From positions 184-64,183 of the forward strand of contig JAGWKL010000003.1 in NCBI GenBank assembly GCA_028865345.1: 64,000 bases of DNA, in the 5' to 3' direction. The position numbers and the translations under genes are program-made. This document shows, one piece after another, positions 39,555 through 49,910 of this stretch. Numbering within the stretch: position 1 is the stretch's first letter; the number at the start of each line of letters is the position of its first letter. Source of the stretch: Candidatus Omnitrophota bacterium. GTDB lineage: Bacteria > Omnitrophota > Gorgyraeia > Zapsychrales > Fredricksoniimonadaceae. The notes below the pieces were generated by a model, which searched no databases, was not told the DNA's origin, and saw nothing but the letters and a program-made list of their open reading frames with translations.

Positions 39555-40913
39555 TTGAAGGGACAGGGCATGCCCAATAAATTCATTTCTATCAACCAGA
39601 GCATCGGGGTGGCAGGCTCCTTCCTGGTTTTGATCGTATTTTGTTATTTTGCCGGATTCCCGTTGATCGCTCCTTTGCTGGTGTTCTTTTGCGGCATCCA
39701 TCTGTTTTATTTTAAGAAAGCCAATTCCCGTATTTTTCTGCATTTGTCCCTGCTGTTGGCCCTGCTTGTTTTTGCGGCCAATGCCGTTAAATCCTATGGG
39801 CACCTCATCCATTTTTATCTGCCGGTGGCCTCTCTGGCCATGCTCACGATGCTTTTGTTCAACGACGCGCAGGTCAGTTTCATTATGGCTTTGTTGGGCG
39901 CGGTGGTGGCCTGCCTCATCCTCGGGTTCGGCCTTAACGAGATGCTGATCTTTTTTTTGGGCGGACTTGCCGGCAGCTGGCGGGTACGGGAGGCGCGTAC
40001 CCGCGGGGTGGTGATCGAAGCGGGGATTTTGGTCTCCGTCATCCAGGTGATCTGCGCTTTCCTGATCAATCCCGTCGCCAATAAAGATATTGTCATATAT
40101 ACCCTCAAACCCCTGGCGTTCAACGGGCTGATAAGCGCTTTTGTGGTGATTGCGGCCTTAAAAGTTTTTGAGACGATCTTCGGCGAGATCACCAATTTCA
40201 CTCTCCTGGAACTTTCCGATTCTTCTCATCCTTTGTTAAAGCGCATGGTGGTGGAAGCTCCCGGGTCCTACCACCATAGTCTGATCGTCAGCAACCTGGC
40301 GGAAGCGGCGGCCGATGCCATCGGCGCTAACGCGCTTTTGGTCCGGGTGGGGGCGTATTACCATGACATCGGCAAACTGGTCAATCCCGAGTATTTCACG
40401 GAGAACCAGTTGGTTGTCGGTAATAAACATGACGAGCTGGAGCCGTCCATGAGCCGCCTGGTCATCTCCAATCATGTCAAGGAGGGCGTTGAGCTGGCGC
40501 ACAAATACCGCCTGAACAAGCGTATCGTCGATTTCATCCCCGAGCACCACGGCACCAGCATCATGTATTATTTTTATCAGAAAGCCCTGGCGGAAGGGCC
40601 CCATGAAGGCCTCAACGAACGTGATTACCGTTATCCAGGTCCCAAGCCGCAGAGCAAGGAGACCGCCATTGTACTGCTGGCGGATTCTGTGGAAGGCGCC
40701 ACCCGGGCTTTGGAAGAGCATACGTTGAAACGCATTGAAGACGTGGTGCGCAAAGTGATCAATAATAAATTCATCGACGGCCAGTTGGATGAATGTAACC
40801 TGACATTAAGGGAGATCGATACGATCGCCTCCAGCTTTGTGCGGGTCTTAAGCGCCACGTATCACAGCCGCATCAAATATCCCGAAGAGCGTTCTTCTGA
40901 CAAGAATTCATAA
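39555..40913 (+). CDS. 7TM-HD family membrane-associated phosphohydrolase (HDIG domain)
   Basis: An N-terminal 7-TM region and a C-terminal HD motif (HH...YYHDIGK). Conserved phoH-HD-ybeY synteny. Confidence 0.85.
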   Translation: MKGQGMPNKFISINQSIGVAGSFLVLIVFCYFAGFPLIAPLLVFFCGIHLFYFKKANSRIFLHLSLLLALLVFAANAVKSYGHLIHFYLPVASLAMLTMLLFNDAQVSFIMALLGAVVACLILGFGLNEMLIFFLGGLAGSWRVREARTRGVVIEAGILVSVIQVICAFLINPVANKDIVIYTLKPLAFNGLISAFVVIAALKVFETIFGEITNFTLLELSDSSHPLLKRMVVEAPGSYHHSLIVSNLAEAAADAIGANALLVRVGAYYHDIGKLVNPEYFTENQLVVGNKHDELEPSMSRLVISNHVKEGVELAHKYRLNKRIVDFIPEHHGTSIMYYFYQKALAEGPHEGLNERDYRYPGPKPQSKETAIVLLADSVEGATRALEEHTLKRIEDVVRKVINNKFIDGQLDECNLTLREIDTIASSFVRVLSATYHSRIKYPEERSSDKNS

Positions 40914-40924
40914 GGAAGGGATCC

Positions 40925-41326
40925 TTGGAAATAGCCTTAAAAAACCTTCAAAAGAAGATCTCCATTCCCCAAGGTCCGGTCATCAAGGCGGCTCAGGCGG
41001 CCTTGCGCAAGCTTAAGGGCGTCAACAAGGCGCGCTGCCTTTCGATCGTTTTTGTCGGCCCCAAGCGCATGCGCGCGATCAATAAGAAATATTTGGAGCA
41101 TGATTATGTGACGGATGTGCTGACCTTTGATCTCGGGAAGGGTGTCGCCGAGATCATCATCTGTCCGCTCATGGCCCGCGTCAATGCACGGGTCTGTCAA
41201 ACGACGACCGGCAGGGAAATCATTCTCTATGTCATCCACGGTATTCTGCATCTGGCCGGTTTTGACGACCACCGGCCGAAAGACATCATCCGAATGCGGC
41301 GGATGGAGAGAGAATTGCTAAAATAA
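40925..41326 (+). CDS. ybeY: Endoribonuclease YbeY (rRNA maturation)
   Basis: HGILHLAGFDDH matches the H-x3-H-x5-H zinc motif. 133 aa. Confidence 0.85.
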   Translation: MEIALKNLQKKISIPQGPVIKAAQAALRKLKGVNKARCLSIVFVGPKRMRAINKKYLEHDYVTDVLTFDLGKGVAEIIICPLMARVNARVCQTTTGREIILYVIHGILHLAGFDDHRPKDIIRMRRMERELLK

Positions 41327-41373
41327 GAGGATAAATTTTCTTGTTTTTGATATTCGGCCATAGTATTTCCCTC

Positions 41374-41486
41374 GCAGGCACGCTCGCCGCGTCCAGCGAC
41401 GCGGCTTCACTAGGGCCCGGGCCGATTTGTCGCCGCATGGAAAAAACGCAAGCGAACCATGCCAAATCGGCCCTCTACTGCCTGCT
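41374..41486. other. Multi-stem structured element (~113 nt)
   Basis: Perfect complementarity was seen directly, in a cloverleaf-like arrangement. The outer stem is GCAGGCA/TGCCTGC. Hairpin 1 is GCCGCGTC-CAGC-GACGCGGC (8 bp). Hairpin 2 is GGGCCGATTTG…CAAATCGGCCC (11 bp) with nested GCATGG/CCATGC. No family was assigned. Confidence 0.3.
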
Positions 41487-41516
41487 CGGAAAATACAATG
41501 GCCTCATATGCAATTC

Positions 41517-41754
41517 TTAAAGAGAGGAATTTATTATTTTTGCGACTGTAGCTTTTAGCCAAAGCAGCTCATGCTTCTGAGGGCATCCCTCGGCTTTTGG
41601 CCGAGGGATGGCTGAACTTGTTCGAGCCTTGAAGTTCTAGAGAACTTCAAGGCGAGTTGTTCAGCCACCGAAGAAGCATGAGATCTTTGGCGACCCCACC
41701 GTAGGCGGGGTAAAAGCGGTTCCAGGAGCAAAAATAATAAGTTCCTCTCTTAAG
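41517..41754. repeat. ~238-bp imperfect nested palindrome (MITE-like) with ~23-nt terminal inverted repeats and TTAA at both edges
   Basis: The termini are TTAAAGAGAGGAATTTATTATTTTTGC (left) and GCAAAAATAATAAGTTCCTCTCTTAAG (right). Internal arm matches are CTCATGCTTCT/AGAAGCATGAG and GGCTGAAC/GTTCAGCC. The central 13-bp perfect palindrome is GCCTTGAAGTTCT-AG-AGAACTTCAAGGC. The left arm carries an extra hairpin CATCCCTCGGC-TTTTG-GCCGAGGGATG. Confidence 0.5.
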
Positions 41755-41815
41755 AAAGTTTATTGATCGTCATTCGTGAACAAAAGGGACAAGATTCCTA
41801 TTCTATAGAAGTAAT

Positions 41816-42316
41816 ATGAAACGTATCATAGCCATAGCGCTTATCTCTTACTTCGCCTATGCCCTGGAATTCCTGCTGTACAATTTCTGGGGGCCGTGGG
41901 GCCGGTGGCTCAAGCCGGAGCTCATGCTCCTGGTGGTGATATTCTTTAACCTGTATTTGGGGATACGTTTCAGCATCATCGCCGCGCTTTTTTGCGGAAT
42001 ATTCAAGGACGCATCGGGGATAGCGCCCTTCGGGACATATCTGCTGGTTTACCTGTCGGCAAGTTACTTGACGACGTTCGTGCGGCGGTATTTGTACGAA
42101 CCCGGTTCAAGGTTTTCCAGGATCGTCGTCGTTTTTTGCGTTGTCGTGGGGTGTTTTATCGTGCAGACCGTCCTGGCAAACATGGGCCGACAGGTCGCTT
42201 TGGGCCCCTCGCTCGTCTACATTTTAGTTCCGCAGCTGTTGACAACGCTTGCCGCTGCCACCTATGTTTTTGCGCAGTTAAAAAATATCAGCGTGTTTTT
42301 CACATTAAAGGGTTAG
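41816..42316 (+). CDS. mreD: Rod shape-determining protein MreD
   Basis: 166-aa polytopic membrane protein immediately upstream of PBP2. Hydrophobic profile and size fit MreD, but the family is weakly conserved. Confidence 0.7.
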   Translation: MKRIIAIALISYFAYALEFLLYNFWGPWGRWLKPELMLLVVIFFNLYLGIRFSIIAALFCGIFKDASGIAPFGTYLLVYLSASYLTTFVRRYLYEPGSRFSRIVVVFCVVVGCFIVQTVLANMGRQVALGPSLVYILVPQLLTTLAAATYVFAQLKNISVFFTLKG

Positions 42317-42317
42317 G

Positions 42318-44030
42318 ATGCGCCTCAATATCATTCAATCCGTTGTTTTTTTCCTGCTGGGGGCGATCATCTGTAGTTTGTTTTATATGCAGATCATCCA
42401 TGGCGCCTATTGGCGCCGCCAGAGCACGAATAATCGCATCCGTATCGTGCCTGTCGACGGACCGCGGGGAAGGATCCTGGACCGTCATGGGACCGTTTTG
42501 GCCGATGACCGGGTGGCATTTGAGGTGGGGGTCATTCCCCAGGACATCGAGGATCAAGGGGCTTTATTCGGTTATTTAGGAAGCGTGCTTCATCAAGACC
42601 CCCAATCCCTGGAGCGCCGCTTCGGGCGTGAAAAACAGGCCCCTTTCGCGCCTGTCATTCTGGCGGAGGATGTCCCGCGTCAGCTCGCCATCAAGATCGA
42701 GGAGGAAAAATTTGTTTATCCGGGGCTGATCGTCCAGCAGGGCTTCGAACGTTACTATCCTTTTCATGACATCGGCGCGCATGTGCTGGGTTATGTGGGC
42801 AAAATCAGCAAAGATGAGATTGCCGAAAACCATTCCTACGGTTATACGCCTTTAAGCCGGGTGGGGAAAACAGGCATTGAAGAAGAGTACGAACCGTTTT
42901 TAAAAGGACATCCGGGGGGCCGTCAGATCGAGGTCAACAGCCGCGGCCGGCAGGTGCGCCTCCTGGGCCTCAAGGATCCGTCGGCTGGAAACGACGTGGT
43001 GCTGACCGTGGATGCGCGCCTGCAGGCGGCGGCCCAGGAATTGTTAAGCGGACAGCGCGGCGGTATAGTGGTCATGAATTTAAACACCGGAGAATTGTTG
43101 TCTTTGGTCAGCTCGCCTTCCTATGACCCGAATGTTTTTTTGGACAAGACCAGGTCCGGCGAGCTGCGTTCCTATTTGAATGATCCCCTGACGCCTTTGT
43201 TTGACCGTGTGACTTGCGGCCTTTACCCGCCGGGTTCGGTGTTCAAGGTCCCGGAAGCCCTGGCCGCCATCCAGCTTCACAAGATCACGCCCCAGACGAC
43301 CTTTTTCTGTCCGGGGTACATGTTGGTGGGCAAGAGAAAATTTCATTGCGCGGAAGTGCACGGGGTGCAGGACCTGCAAGAGGCCATTGCGCATTCCTGT
43401 AATGTTTATTTTTTCCATGTCGGCCTGCTGCTCCAACCGCACCTCATCGGCGCATTTGAGAAAGCTTTCGGGCTCACTCGTCCCACAGGAATAGACCTGC
43501 CTTACGAGGCCAGGGGCCATATGGTGACCAAGGCATCAAGGGGCAGGCCGTGGTATACGGGGGATGTGCTGAATTTGTCCATCGGCCAGGGGTATACGCT
43601 GGTGACGCCTCTGGAATTGACGGTGATGATGGCGGCGGTCGCCGATGACGGCATCGTTTTGCAGCCCCGCCTTGTCCGGCAGATAGGCGGCCGTCTGCTT
43701 ATACCGGAAGATCTGTCCAAAAGGCCATTGATCAAGCTGCGCAAGCAAACATGGCAGATCGTGCAACAGGGACTTAGAGCCTGCATTGATGATCCGACGG
43801 GAACATGCCGTGACCTGGCAGCGGTGCCGGGTCTGGATATTTACGGTAAAACAGGCACCGCTCAAACTGTTTACGGTAAGCCCAATGACGCATGGTTCGT
43901 GGGCTATACGCGGTCTGCCAAAGCAGGCATCGCTATCTGCGTTTTTCTGGAATACGGAGGGTCGTCCGAGAATGCCGTCAAAATTGCCCGGGATCTGCTT
44001 TTAAAACTTCAAACCCTCAAGGTCATATGA
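42318..44030 (+). CDS. mrdA: Penicillin-binding protein 2 (peptidoglycan D,D-transpeptidase)
   Basis: N-terminal TM segment, PBP dimerisation domain and a transpeptidase domain with SxxK (SVFK), SxN (SCN) and KTG (KTGTA) motifs. Confidence 0.9.
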   Translation: MRLNIIQSVVFFLLGAIICSLFYMQIIHGAYWRRQSTNNRIRIVPVDGPRGRILDRHGTVLADDRVAFEVGVIPQDIEDQGALFGYLGSVLHQDPQSLERRFGREKQAPFAPVILAEDVPRQLAIKIEEEKFVYPGLIVQQGFERYYPFHDIGAHVLGYVGKISKDEIAENHSYGYTPLSRVGKTGIEEEYEPFLKGHPGGRQIEVNSRGRQVRLLGLKDPSAGNDVVLTVDARLQAAAQELLSGQRGGIVVMNLNTGELLSLVSSPSYDPNVFLDKTRSGELRSYLNDPLTPLFDRVTCGLYPPGSVFKVPEALAAIQLHKITPQTTFFCPGYMLVGKRKFHCAEVHGVQDLQEAIAHSCNVYFFHVGLLLQPHLIGAFEKAFGLTRPTGIDLPYEARGHMVTKASRGRPWYTGDVLNLSIGQGYTLVTPLELTVMMAAVADDGIVLQPRLVRQIGGRLLIPEDLSKRPLIKLRKQTWQIVQQGLRACIDDPTGTCRDLAAVPGLDIYGKTGTAQTVYGKPNDAWFVGYTRSAKAGIAICVFLEYGGSSENAVKIARDLLLKLQTLKVI

Positions 44031-44113
44031 TCCTGTGGGATAAACGTGCTCTCAAAATAGGGGAGAAAATAGTGGATGGGTCTTACAGGTATGGTAAAAT
44101 ATTTTTACAAAAT

Positions 44114-46921
44114 ATGATAAAAATATTTTTAGGAGTATTTATACTATTCCTTTTTCCACCGGCCGGGAACGTCCTTGTTTTTGCCGGCCAACCCGCATCC
44201 GATTCGAACGGTCAATCTCTCACACCGACGGAAACAGCCCAACAGACCAAGGCCCATGAGTATTATGAAAAGGGCATGAAGCTGATCAACGAAGGCAAAC
44301 CCGACGAGGCGAGTCAATATTTTGAAAAGGCCATCCAGTTGGCCCAAACTCTGCAACAACCGAACATCAAGCAGCCTTCCCGGCAGCAAGCCGCCGTTTC
44401 GCCTAAAGCCGCGACCGTGCCTGTTCTGACTAAGCCCGAGGAAGGTCAAAAGACACAACAGCAACAGCAACAACAGCAACAGCAGGCAGAGAAGCGGCGC
44501 CGGCAACAAGAGGCTCTGCGCCAACAGGAATTCGAGGCAAAAAGACGTCAACAGATGGAGGCGCTTCAACAGCAGTATGTGCAGGCCATCAGATTATATA
44601 AGAAGAAAGAAATGGACAAAGCTTTAGGGGCATTCAAGGAGATTGAAAATTCATATCCTGATTTTAAGAGGACGACGGGATACATAGAGCGCATTGAGCG
44701 CTGGCAGGCGGAGCGCAAAGAGCTGGCAGAGAGGCGCCAGATGGCGCTGGAACTGAAAGCCAGGAACGATCAGGCTTCCAAAATATATGACACGGCCCTG
44801 CGTTCATACCGTGCCCGTCAATGGCAGGCGGCCGGCGCCCAATTCGAATCTGTGGCGCAGATAATTCCGGATTATAAACATACCCAATGGTATTTGAAAA
44901 AGATCGGAATTTTTATGGCCAGGGAAGCGGCCCGGCCGTCGTCTCCCTCGCCGGTCGAGGGCAGCCCCAAGCCCGCTGCGGCACCGGTCAAACCCAAGTT
45001 GACGTCTGCCCCCGCACCGGTTGTGCCTGTGGTCAAGACGGCGGTTGATTCCCTGGAGGACCAGCAAAAACAAGCCCGGGACATTGCGGCTTTGGCCCAA
45101 GAATCATCCATGCTTTATCATCAGATCGCCGACATTGCCGACGATAAGTCGACCATCCAAACAAAGGCCAAAATGGCCCAGGTTGATGAGATCCTGAACG
45201 GTTTAAAAGCGAATAAGGAACGCCTTTATCAAGAAGACCTCGCTTCCGAAGTTGAAAAATTCTACCAGCAGGGCCGGGATTATTTGGGTTCCCATGATTA
45301 TGCGAACGCTAAAATCAAATTCATGGAAGTGGAGCATATCTGGCCCGATTATAGAGACACCCGCCGTAATTTGGGCCGCATTGATGAAGCCTTAAAGAAA
45401 CAAAGCGTCGAGGCCATCACCGGGCGGGAACGGGCACGGGCGGAGCAGTTTGAGAAAATGCAGTATCAGGAAATCGCCGCGCAATTACGGCGTGATGAAT
45501 TAGAGCAGGAAAATGAGCTGCGCCTGGCCCGGCAGCAGCAGGATTCTTTAAAAGAACTTGCCCGAAAAGCTTCCGATATCAATGATGACATCATCCGTCT
45601 CTCACGGGCCCAGGATTATGAAGGCATGAAAAGGAAGTTCGTCCAATTACAGGGCACTATTGATGCCTTGACGCAGCTTAAAGCGCAGATGGCCATGCAA
45701 CAAGGCAAAATAGAACGCGCCAAACAACTGAGCCGGGACGCCATCCGACGCCGTGATGAATTGATGAGGGAAGCAAAACAGGAGAACGGTCAAATTTCGG
45801 GGAGCACGAAAAGCTCATATCATCAAAAGGAGCTTTCTGGATTTTTGCTTTCCAACCGGCCCACCAGAGCGGATATTTACAAACGCCGCGAGATCATGCG
45901 GGAGCAGAACGCCCTATTTGATGAAGCCGTTGAATGTTATGCCCGCCGTCAATATGCTCAGGCCAAACTTCTTTTTGGCGAGTTGGCCAGTCAGCATGAC
46001 CGCAGGTCCGAGGCCTGGCTTAAAAAAGTGGACCGGGCCATTACCCGGGAGCTCCTTAAAGGCCAGGAAGCGCAAGTTCGGGAACGGACGGCATTTTTAG
46101 AGGACCAGTTGAAAGCCCAGCGCCAACTGGCTGTGGTCCAGGAGCGCGAACGCCGGCACCAAAAGAAATTGACCGAAGAGTTGGAACGCCAGAAGCGCGC
46201 TTACGAAGACAACCGTTTGATGCAATGGCGGAAACAAGAGATGCTCGAGGCCCAGGTTCTTGAACGCCGGCGCCAGGAAGAAAAGCATGCCCAATGGGAA
46301 AAAGAGAAGGCAAAAGAAGAGAGAGAGTTCCGTTTCCGTAGAATAACAAATGCGGCAAAGCCGGCCGCAATAAGCTCTAAGGCCGGGGCGCAAGCTCGAA
46401 GTACCCTATCTAAAGCGAAGCTTGCTGCTGTTTCGCATGCCGCAACTGTTGAGGTCAAGCCTAAACCTGCTGTTGCCAAACCCAAACCTGTTGCGGTCAA
46501 GCCTAAACCTGTTGCGGCCAAGCTTAAACCTGTTGCGGCCAAGCCTAAACTTGTTGCGGCCAAACCCAAACCTGCTGCTGTCAAATCCAAACCTGTTGTT
46601 GTGCATGCTGCTTCGCTTGAGGTCCGGCGTGAAGAGCTCCGTAAGCAATTACAGCATGGGGTTGAGTCCCTTTATCAGGGGGCCTTAAGTTTATACCGGG
46701 CAGGAGATTATGCCCAAGCCGCGAACAGATTCAAAGATGTTGATGAAATATTCCCCGGCTATAAAAATACCAGAGAATATATGGACAAGGCCCGCCGGAA
46801 GTCTTCGGCCGTAAACTCTGAGGCTCCCGCGAACCCCCATGTGTCCGGGAATTCAACATCGAATAACCGCCAGGGTTATATTTCCAGAGCGTTGGATTTA
46901 TTTGATACGAATGACCAATAA
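44114..46921 (+). CDS. Secreted repeat protein: poly-Q tract, charged coiled-coil segments, six dispersed TPR-like motifs, C-terminal KPKPVAA tandem repeats
   Basis: The ATG at 44114 gives a signal peptide ([24 protein letters not shown]). The ORF-track start at 43892 overlaps mrdA. The recurring motif is Y-x2-G/A-x3-Y-x4-Y-x2-A-x3-F-x8-PDYK(D/N)T-x2-YL (e.g. [29 protein letters not shown]). ER/Q-rich heptad regions lie between copies. Confidence 0.6.
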   Translation: MIKIFLGVFILFLFPPAGNVLVFAGQPASDSNGQSLTPTETAQQTKAHEYYEKGMKLINEGKPDEASQYFEKAIQLAQTLQQPNIKQPSRQQAAVSPKAATVPVLTKPEEGQKTQQQQQQQQQQAEKRRRQQEALRQQEFEAKRRQQMEALQQQYVQAIRLYKKKEMDKALGAFKEIENSYPDFKRTTGYIERIERWQAERKELAERRQMALELKARNDQASKIYDTALRSYRARQWQAAGAQFESVAQIIPDYKHTQWYLKKIGIFMAREAARPSSPSPVEGSPKPAAAPVKPKLTSAPAPVVPVVKTAVDSLEDQQKQARDIAALAQESSMLYHQIADIADDKSTIQTKAKMAQVDEILNGLKANKERLYQEDLASEVEKFYQQGRDYLGSHDYANAKIKFMEVEHIWPDYRDTRRNLGRIDEALKKQSVEAITGRERARAEQFEKMQYQEIAAQLRRDELEQENELRLARQQQDSLKELARKASDINDDIIRLSRAQDYEGMKRKFVQLQGTIDALTQLKAQMAMQQGKIERAKQLSRDAIRRRDELMREAKQENGQISGSTKSSYHQKELSGFLLSNRPTRADIYKRREIMREQNALFDEAVECYARRQYAQAKLLFGELASQHDRRSEAWLKKVDRAITRELLKGQEAQVRERTAFLEDQLKAQRQLAVVQERERRHQKKLTEELERQKRAYEDNRLMQWRKQEMLEAQVLERRRQEEKHAQWEKEKAKEEREFRFRRITNAAKPAAISSKAGAQARSTLSKAKLAAVSHAATVEVKPKPAVAKPKPVAVKPKPVAAKLKPVAAKPKLVAAKPKPAAVKSKPVVVHAASLEVRREELRKQLQHGVESLYQGALSLYRAGDYAQAANRFKDVDEIFPGYKNTREYMDKARRKSSAVNSEAPANPHVSGNSTSNNRQGYISRALDLFDTNDQ
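44457..44486 (+). repeat. (CAR)10 trinucleotide repeat encoding Q10
   Basis: caacagcaacagcaacaacagcaacagcag, seen directly. Confidence 0.9.
46457..46603 (+). repeat. Seven tandem 21-bp units (AAGCCTAAACCTGTTGCGGCC-like) encoding (KPKPVAA)7
   Basis: Seven head-to-tail units of 21 bp each, with 0-4 substitutions per unit. They also create the spurious alternate-frame ORF 46422..46688. Confidence 0.9.
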
Positions 46922-48980
46922 TTCCAACCATCTTATCGACGAAAAAAGTCCCTACCTTCTGCAGCATGCCCATAATCCCGTTGATTGGTATCCTTGGGGT
47001 CAGGCCGCTTTTGACAAGGCCAAACACGAAAATAAGCCGGTCCTGTTGTCCATAGGATATTCCACATGCCACTGGTGCCATGTGATGGCCCATGAAAGTT
47101 TCGAGGACGAAACGGTCGCCCAAATCATCAACGATCATTTTGTCGCCGTCAAGGTGGACCGCGAAGAACGCCCGGACATTGACCATATTTACATGACGGC
47201 TGTCACAGCCATGACGGCCCAAGGCGGATGGCCTTTGACGGTTTTTTTGACCCCGCAGGGCGAACCGTTTTACGGAGGGACGTATTTCCCGCCGTATGCC
47301 AAATGGGGGAGTACCGGTTTTATCGATCTGCTCCATTCGATCGCGGCGGCATGGGACAAGGACCGCGGCAATATTTTGTCTTCCGGACGTTCCATCGTCG
47401 ACGAGCTTCGGCGACGCGTTTCCGTAGTCTCATCGGGTGCGGTGGCGGACAAGATTTTATTGGACCGGGCCTTTGAGCAGATGAAAAATCAGTTTGACGC
47501 CCTCAACGGGGGGTTTGGAGCGGCCCCCAAATTTCCGATGGGGCATAATTTATCATTTTTATTGCGTTATGGCAAATCAACCCGGACGCCGGAAGCGTTG
47601 GATATGGCAGGCAAAACCTTGACGGCCGTGGCCCATGGAGGCATCGGGGACCATTTGGGCGGCGGATTCCACCGCTACTCAACGGATCCGCATTGGCATT
47701 TGCCGCATTTTGAAAAAATGTTATACGACCAGGCCCTGCTGTCAAGGGCGTATTTGGAGGGCTATCAAGCCACAGGTTCGGCGGAATATGCAAAGACGGC
47801 GCGGGAGGTCCTCGATTATGTGCTGAGGGACATGACGGATGAGGGAGGCGGTTTTTATTCCGCCGAGGATGCCGATAGCCTGCAGGAGGGACATTTAAAG
47901 GAAGGGGCCTTTTATGTCTTTACGCAGGCGGAGATCGTTGAGGCTTTGGGGCGCGACGGCGCCGAGGTCTTTAATTATTGCTATGGCGTCGAACCTGATG
48001 GTAACGCCCGTTTTGACCCCCACGGTGAATTTAAGGGAAAGAACATATTATATCTTGCCCACTCCATTCCAGAGGCGGCGGATAAATTTCACGGGCACAG
48101 CGATGAAATTCAGAGTATGCTTATGGAAGGAAGACAAAAGTTATGGGCCTTGCGTAACCGTCGCGGCCATCGTCCGCACAGGGATGATAAAATATTGTGC
48201 GATTGGAACGGTTTGATGATGGCAAGCTTTGCCTTGGCCGGCCGGGTTTTAAATGAGCCAAGGTATGCCCGGGCCGCCTCAAGGGCCGCTGATTTTATTT
48301 TGACCCATCTGATGACTGCCGGTTGCGCCCAAGAACCGTGCGGGCGGCTTTTGCACCGCTGGCGTGACGGCCAGGCAGGGATTACGGCGACCCTTGACGA
48401 TTATGCGTTTCTTATTTACGGCCTCCTGGAAGTGTATGAGGCGGCCTTTGATGAAAAATATCTGGGTACGGCCCGGCATTTGGCAGATGAGATGATCAGG
48501 CTTTTTGCCGACGACGCCGGAGGTTTTTTTATGACGGCCGTTGACGCAGAAGCTTTGATTATGCGGCCGAAGGACATGTATGACGGAGCTTTGCCATCAG
48601 GAAATTCAGTCGCCGCCCTGGATTTGCTGAAGTTGTATGCTTTGAACGGAGGAGAAATTTATAACTCCCGGGCTCGGGATTTATTCACCTGCGCGCAGCC
48701 TCTTTTGTCTCAGACACCTTGGGCTTATAGTTTTTTATTGTCCGCCCTGGGTTGGTATCTGGAGGGGCCTTTGGAGATCACGTTCCAAGGCCGTCGCAAT
48801 GATACAACCATTGCCGGAATGCTGGAAATATTGTATAAATACTTTATACCTTATAAAGTCGTTAAGTATGTTTCGGACCAATCTCGGCCGCCGCAGGCTC
48901 TTATTTGCTGCCGGGGCGCATGCCGTCCGCCGGTCAACAGTATCGATGCTTTTGAGGAGTTAATATGCTTATTCAAATAG
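46911..48980 (+). CDS. Thioredoxin-domain protein of the DUF255/YyaL family (thioredoxin-like N-terminus plus alpha/alpha-toroid domain)
   Basis: N-terminal [47 protein letters not shown] is the DUF255 hallmark. The ATG at 46911 overlaps the upstream stop by 11 nt. Confidence 0.85.
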   Translation: MTNNSNHLIDEKSPYLLQHAHNPVDWYPWGQAAFDKAKHENKPVLLSIGYSTCHWCHVMAHESFEDETVAQIINDHFVAVKVDREERPDIDHIYMTAVTAMTAQGGWPLTVFLTPQGEPFYGGTYFPPYAKWGSTGFIDLLHSIAAAWDKDRGNILSSGRSIVDELRRRVSVVSSGAVADKILLDRAFEQMKNQFDALNGGFGAAPKFPMGHNLSFLLRYGKSTRTPEALDMAGKTLTAVAHGGIGDHLGGGFHRYSTDPHWHLPHFEKMLYDQALLSRAYLEGYQATGSAEYAKTAREVLDYVLRDMTDEGGGFYSAEDADSLQEGHLKEGAFYVFTQAEIVEALGRDGAEVFNYCYGVEPDGNARFDPHGEFKGKNILYLAHSIPEAADKFHGHSDEIQSMLMEGRQKLWALRNRRGHRPHRDDKILCDWNGLMMASFALAGRVLNEPRYARAASRAADFILTHLMTAGCAQEPCGRLLHRWRDGQAGITATLDDYAFLIYGLLEVYEAAFDEKYLGTARHLADEMIRLFADDAGGFFMTAVDAEALIMRPKDMYDGALPSGNSVAALDLLKLYALNGGEIYNSRARDLFTCAQPLLSQTPWAYSFLLSALGWYLEGPLEITFQGRRNDTTIAGMLEILYKYFIPYKVVKYVSDQSRPPQALICCRGACRPPVNSIDAFEELICLFK

Positions 48981-49897
48981 CTTTCTTCTGTCTGCTGATT
49001 GTGGCGCTGTTGGCCGGGGTCTTCAGCTATTTCCCGCAATTGCACAGGACCATCCGTCCCTTGAAATTTGCCATGGACAGTATCGGGTATACGGGTGTAG
49101 AGACACTCAATAAAAAAAGGTCCCAACAGATCAATGTGGCGGTCAAGAGCGGTCTTATGGATATCCACAAGCGGATGGATGCTGTTGCCGTGGAACAGGA
49201 CAGGCTTTTGGATGCGCTGACGGACCAACAGGCTGTATTGCAAGAAGCCAACAGGGACGCCCAGACAGTATTGCTTGAGGCCAAGAAAGCAGGCAGAAAG
49301 GGGGATAAAGACATCTTGCAGCTTGAAGCGCTTGCCTCCCAAATGAACGATCAGCAGCGTCTCCTGGTGGCCCATGGCCAATACCTGGTCTCACTCAACG
49401 ATCAATTGACAAAAAGCAGGGAGAGGCTTGCGCAGCAAGCTGACATAGCAAATATGGATGCCCAATCCTCCCTGGATTCAATCCGCCAGAATTATGCATC
49501 TTTTGAAAGCCAGGCTTCCGAGTTATTTAATAAGGTGGATGAATATAACCGGGAGCTCAGACAGGGGGTCGGAAAAATGCAGGAACAGATTTCTGGCATA
49601 AGTAATCCCTCTTATGGCAGCTATGCCCATGACATGGCTCAGGAACGTATCCAGAGCTTGCTGGATAAAGAGCAGGAAGATATGGCGAGAGTGGCCGACT
49701 GCCAGCAAAGAAATTTGGACCTGGCACAAGAGGCCCGGGAAAAACTGGCCGATTCCCGGGAGAGATCAGAGGACCTCGAGCGGCGTGACCGGGACTTGAT
49801 CGACGAGGAACACCAAAAACAAGAAGACCAACAGTCCATGATCCGGCAGCGCATGGCCGATGAACAACAGCGCATGCAGGACCAACAAAACCGGTAA
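48965..49897 (+). CDS. Membrane-anchored long coiled-coil protein (hypothetical)
   Basis: N-terminal TM segment ([16 protein letters not shown]), then ~280 aa of Q/E/R/L-rich heptad sequence. Confidence 0.5.
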   Translation: MLIQIAFFCLLIVALLAGVFSYFPQLHRTIRPLKFAMDSIGYTGVETLNKKRSQQINVAVKSGLMDIHKRMDAVAVEQDRLLDALTDQQAVLQEANRDAQTVLLEAKKAGRKGDKDILQLEALASQMNDQQRLLVAHGQYLVSLNDQLTKSRERLAQQADIANMDAQSSLDSIRQNYASFESQASELFNKVDEYNRELRQGVGKMQEQISGISNPSYGSYAHDMAQERIQSLLDKEQEDMARVADCQQRNLDLAQEAREKLADSRERSEDLERRDRDLIDEEHQKQEDQQSMIRQRMADEQQRMQDQQNR

Positions 49898-49910
49898 TTT
49901 TCCCCTTTTC

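Noticed and set aside
46422-46688. 88-aa + strand ORF (…[16 protein letters not shown]…)
   Set aside because: An alternate reading frame of the 21-bp tandem repeat inside the repeat-protein gene. The periodic Leu/Asn/Pro translation is a frame artefact.
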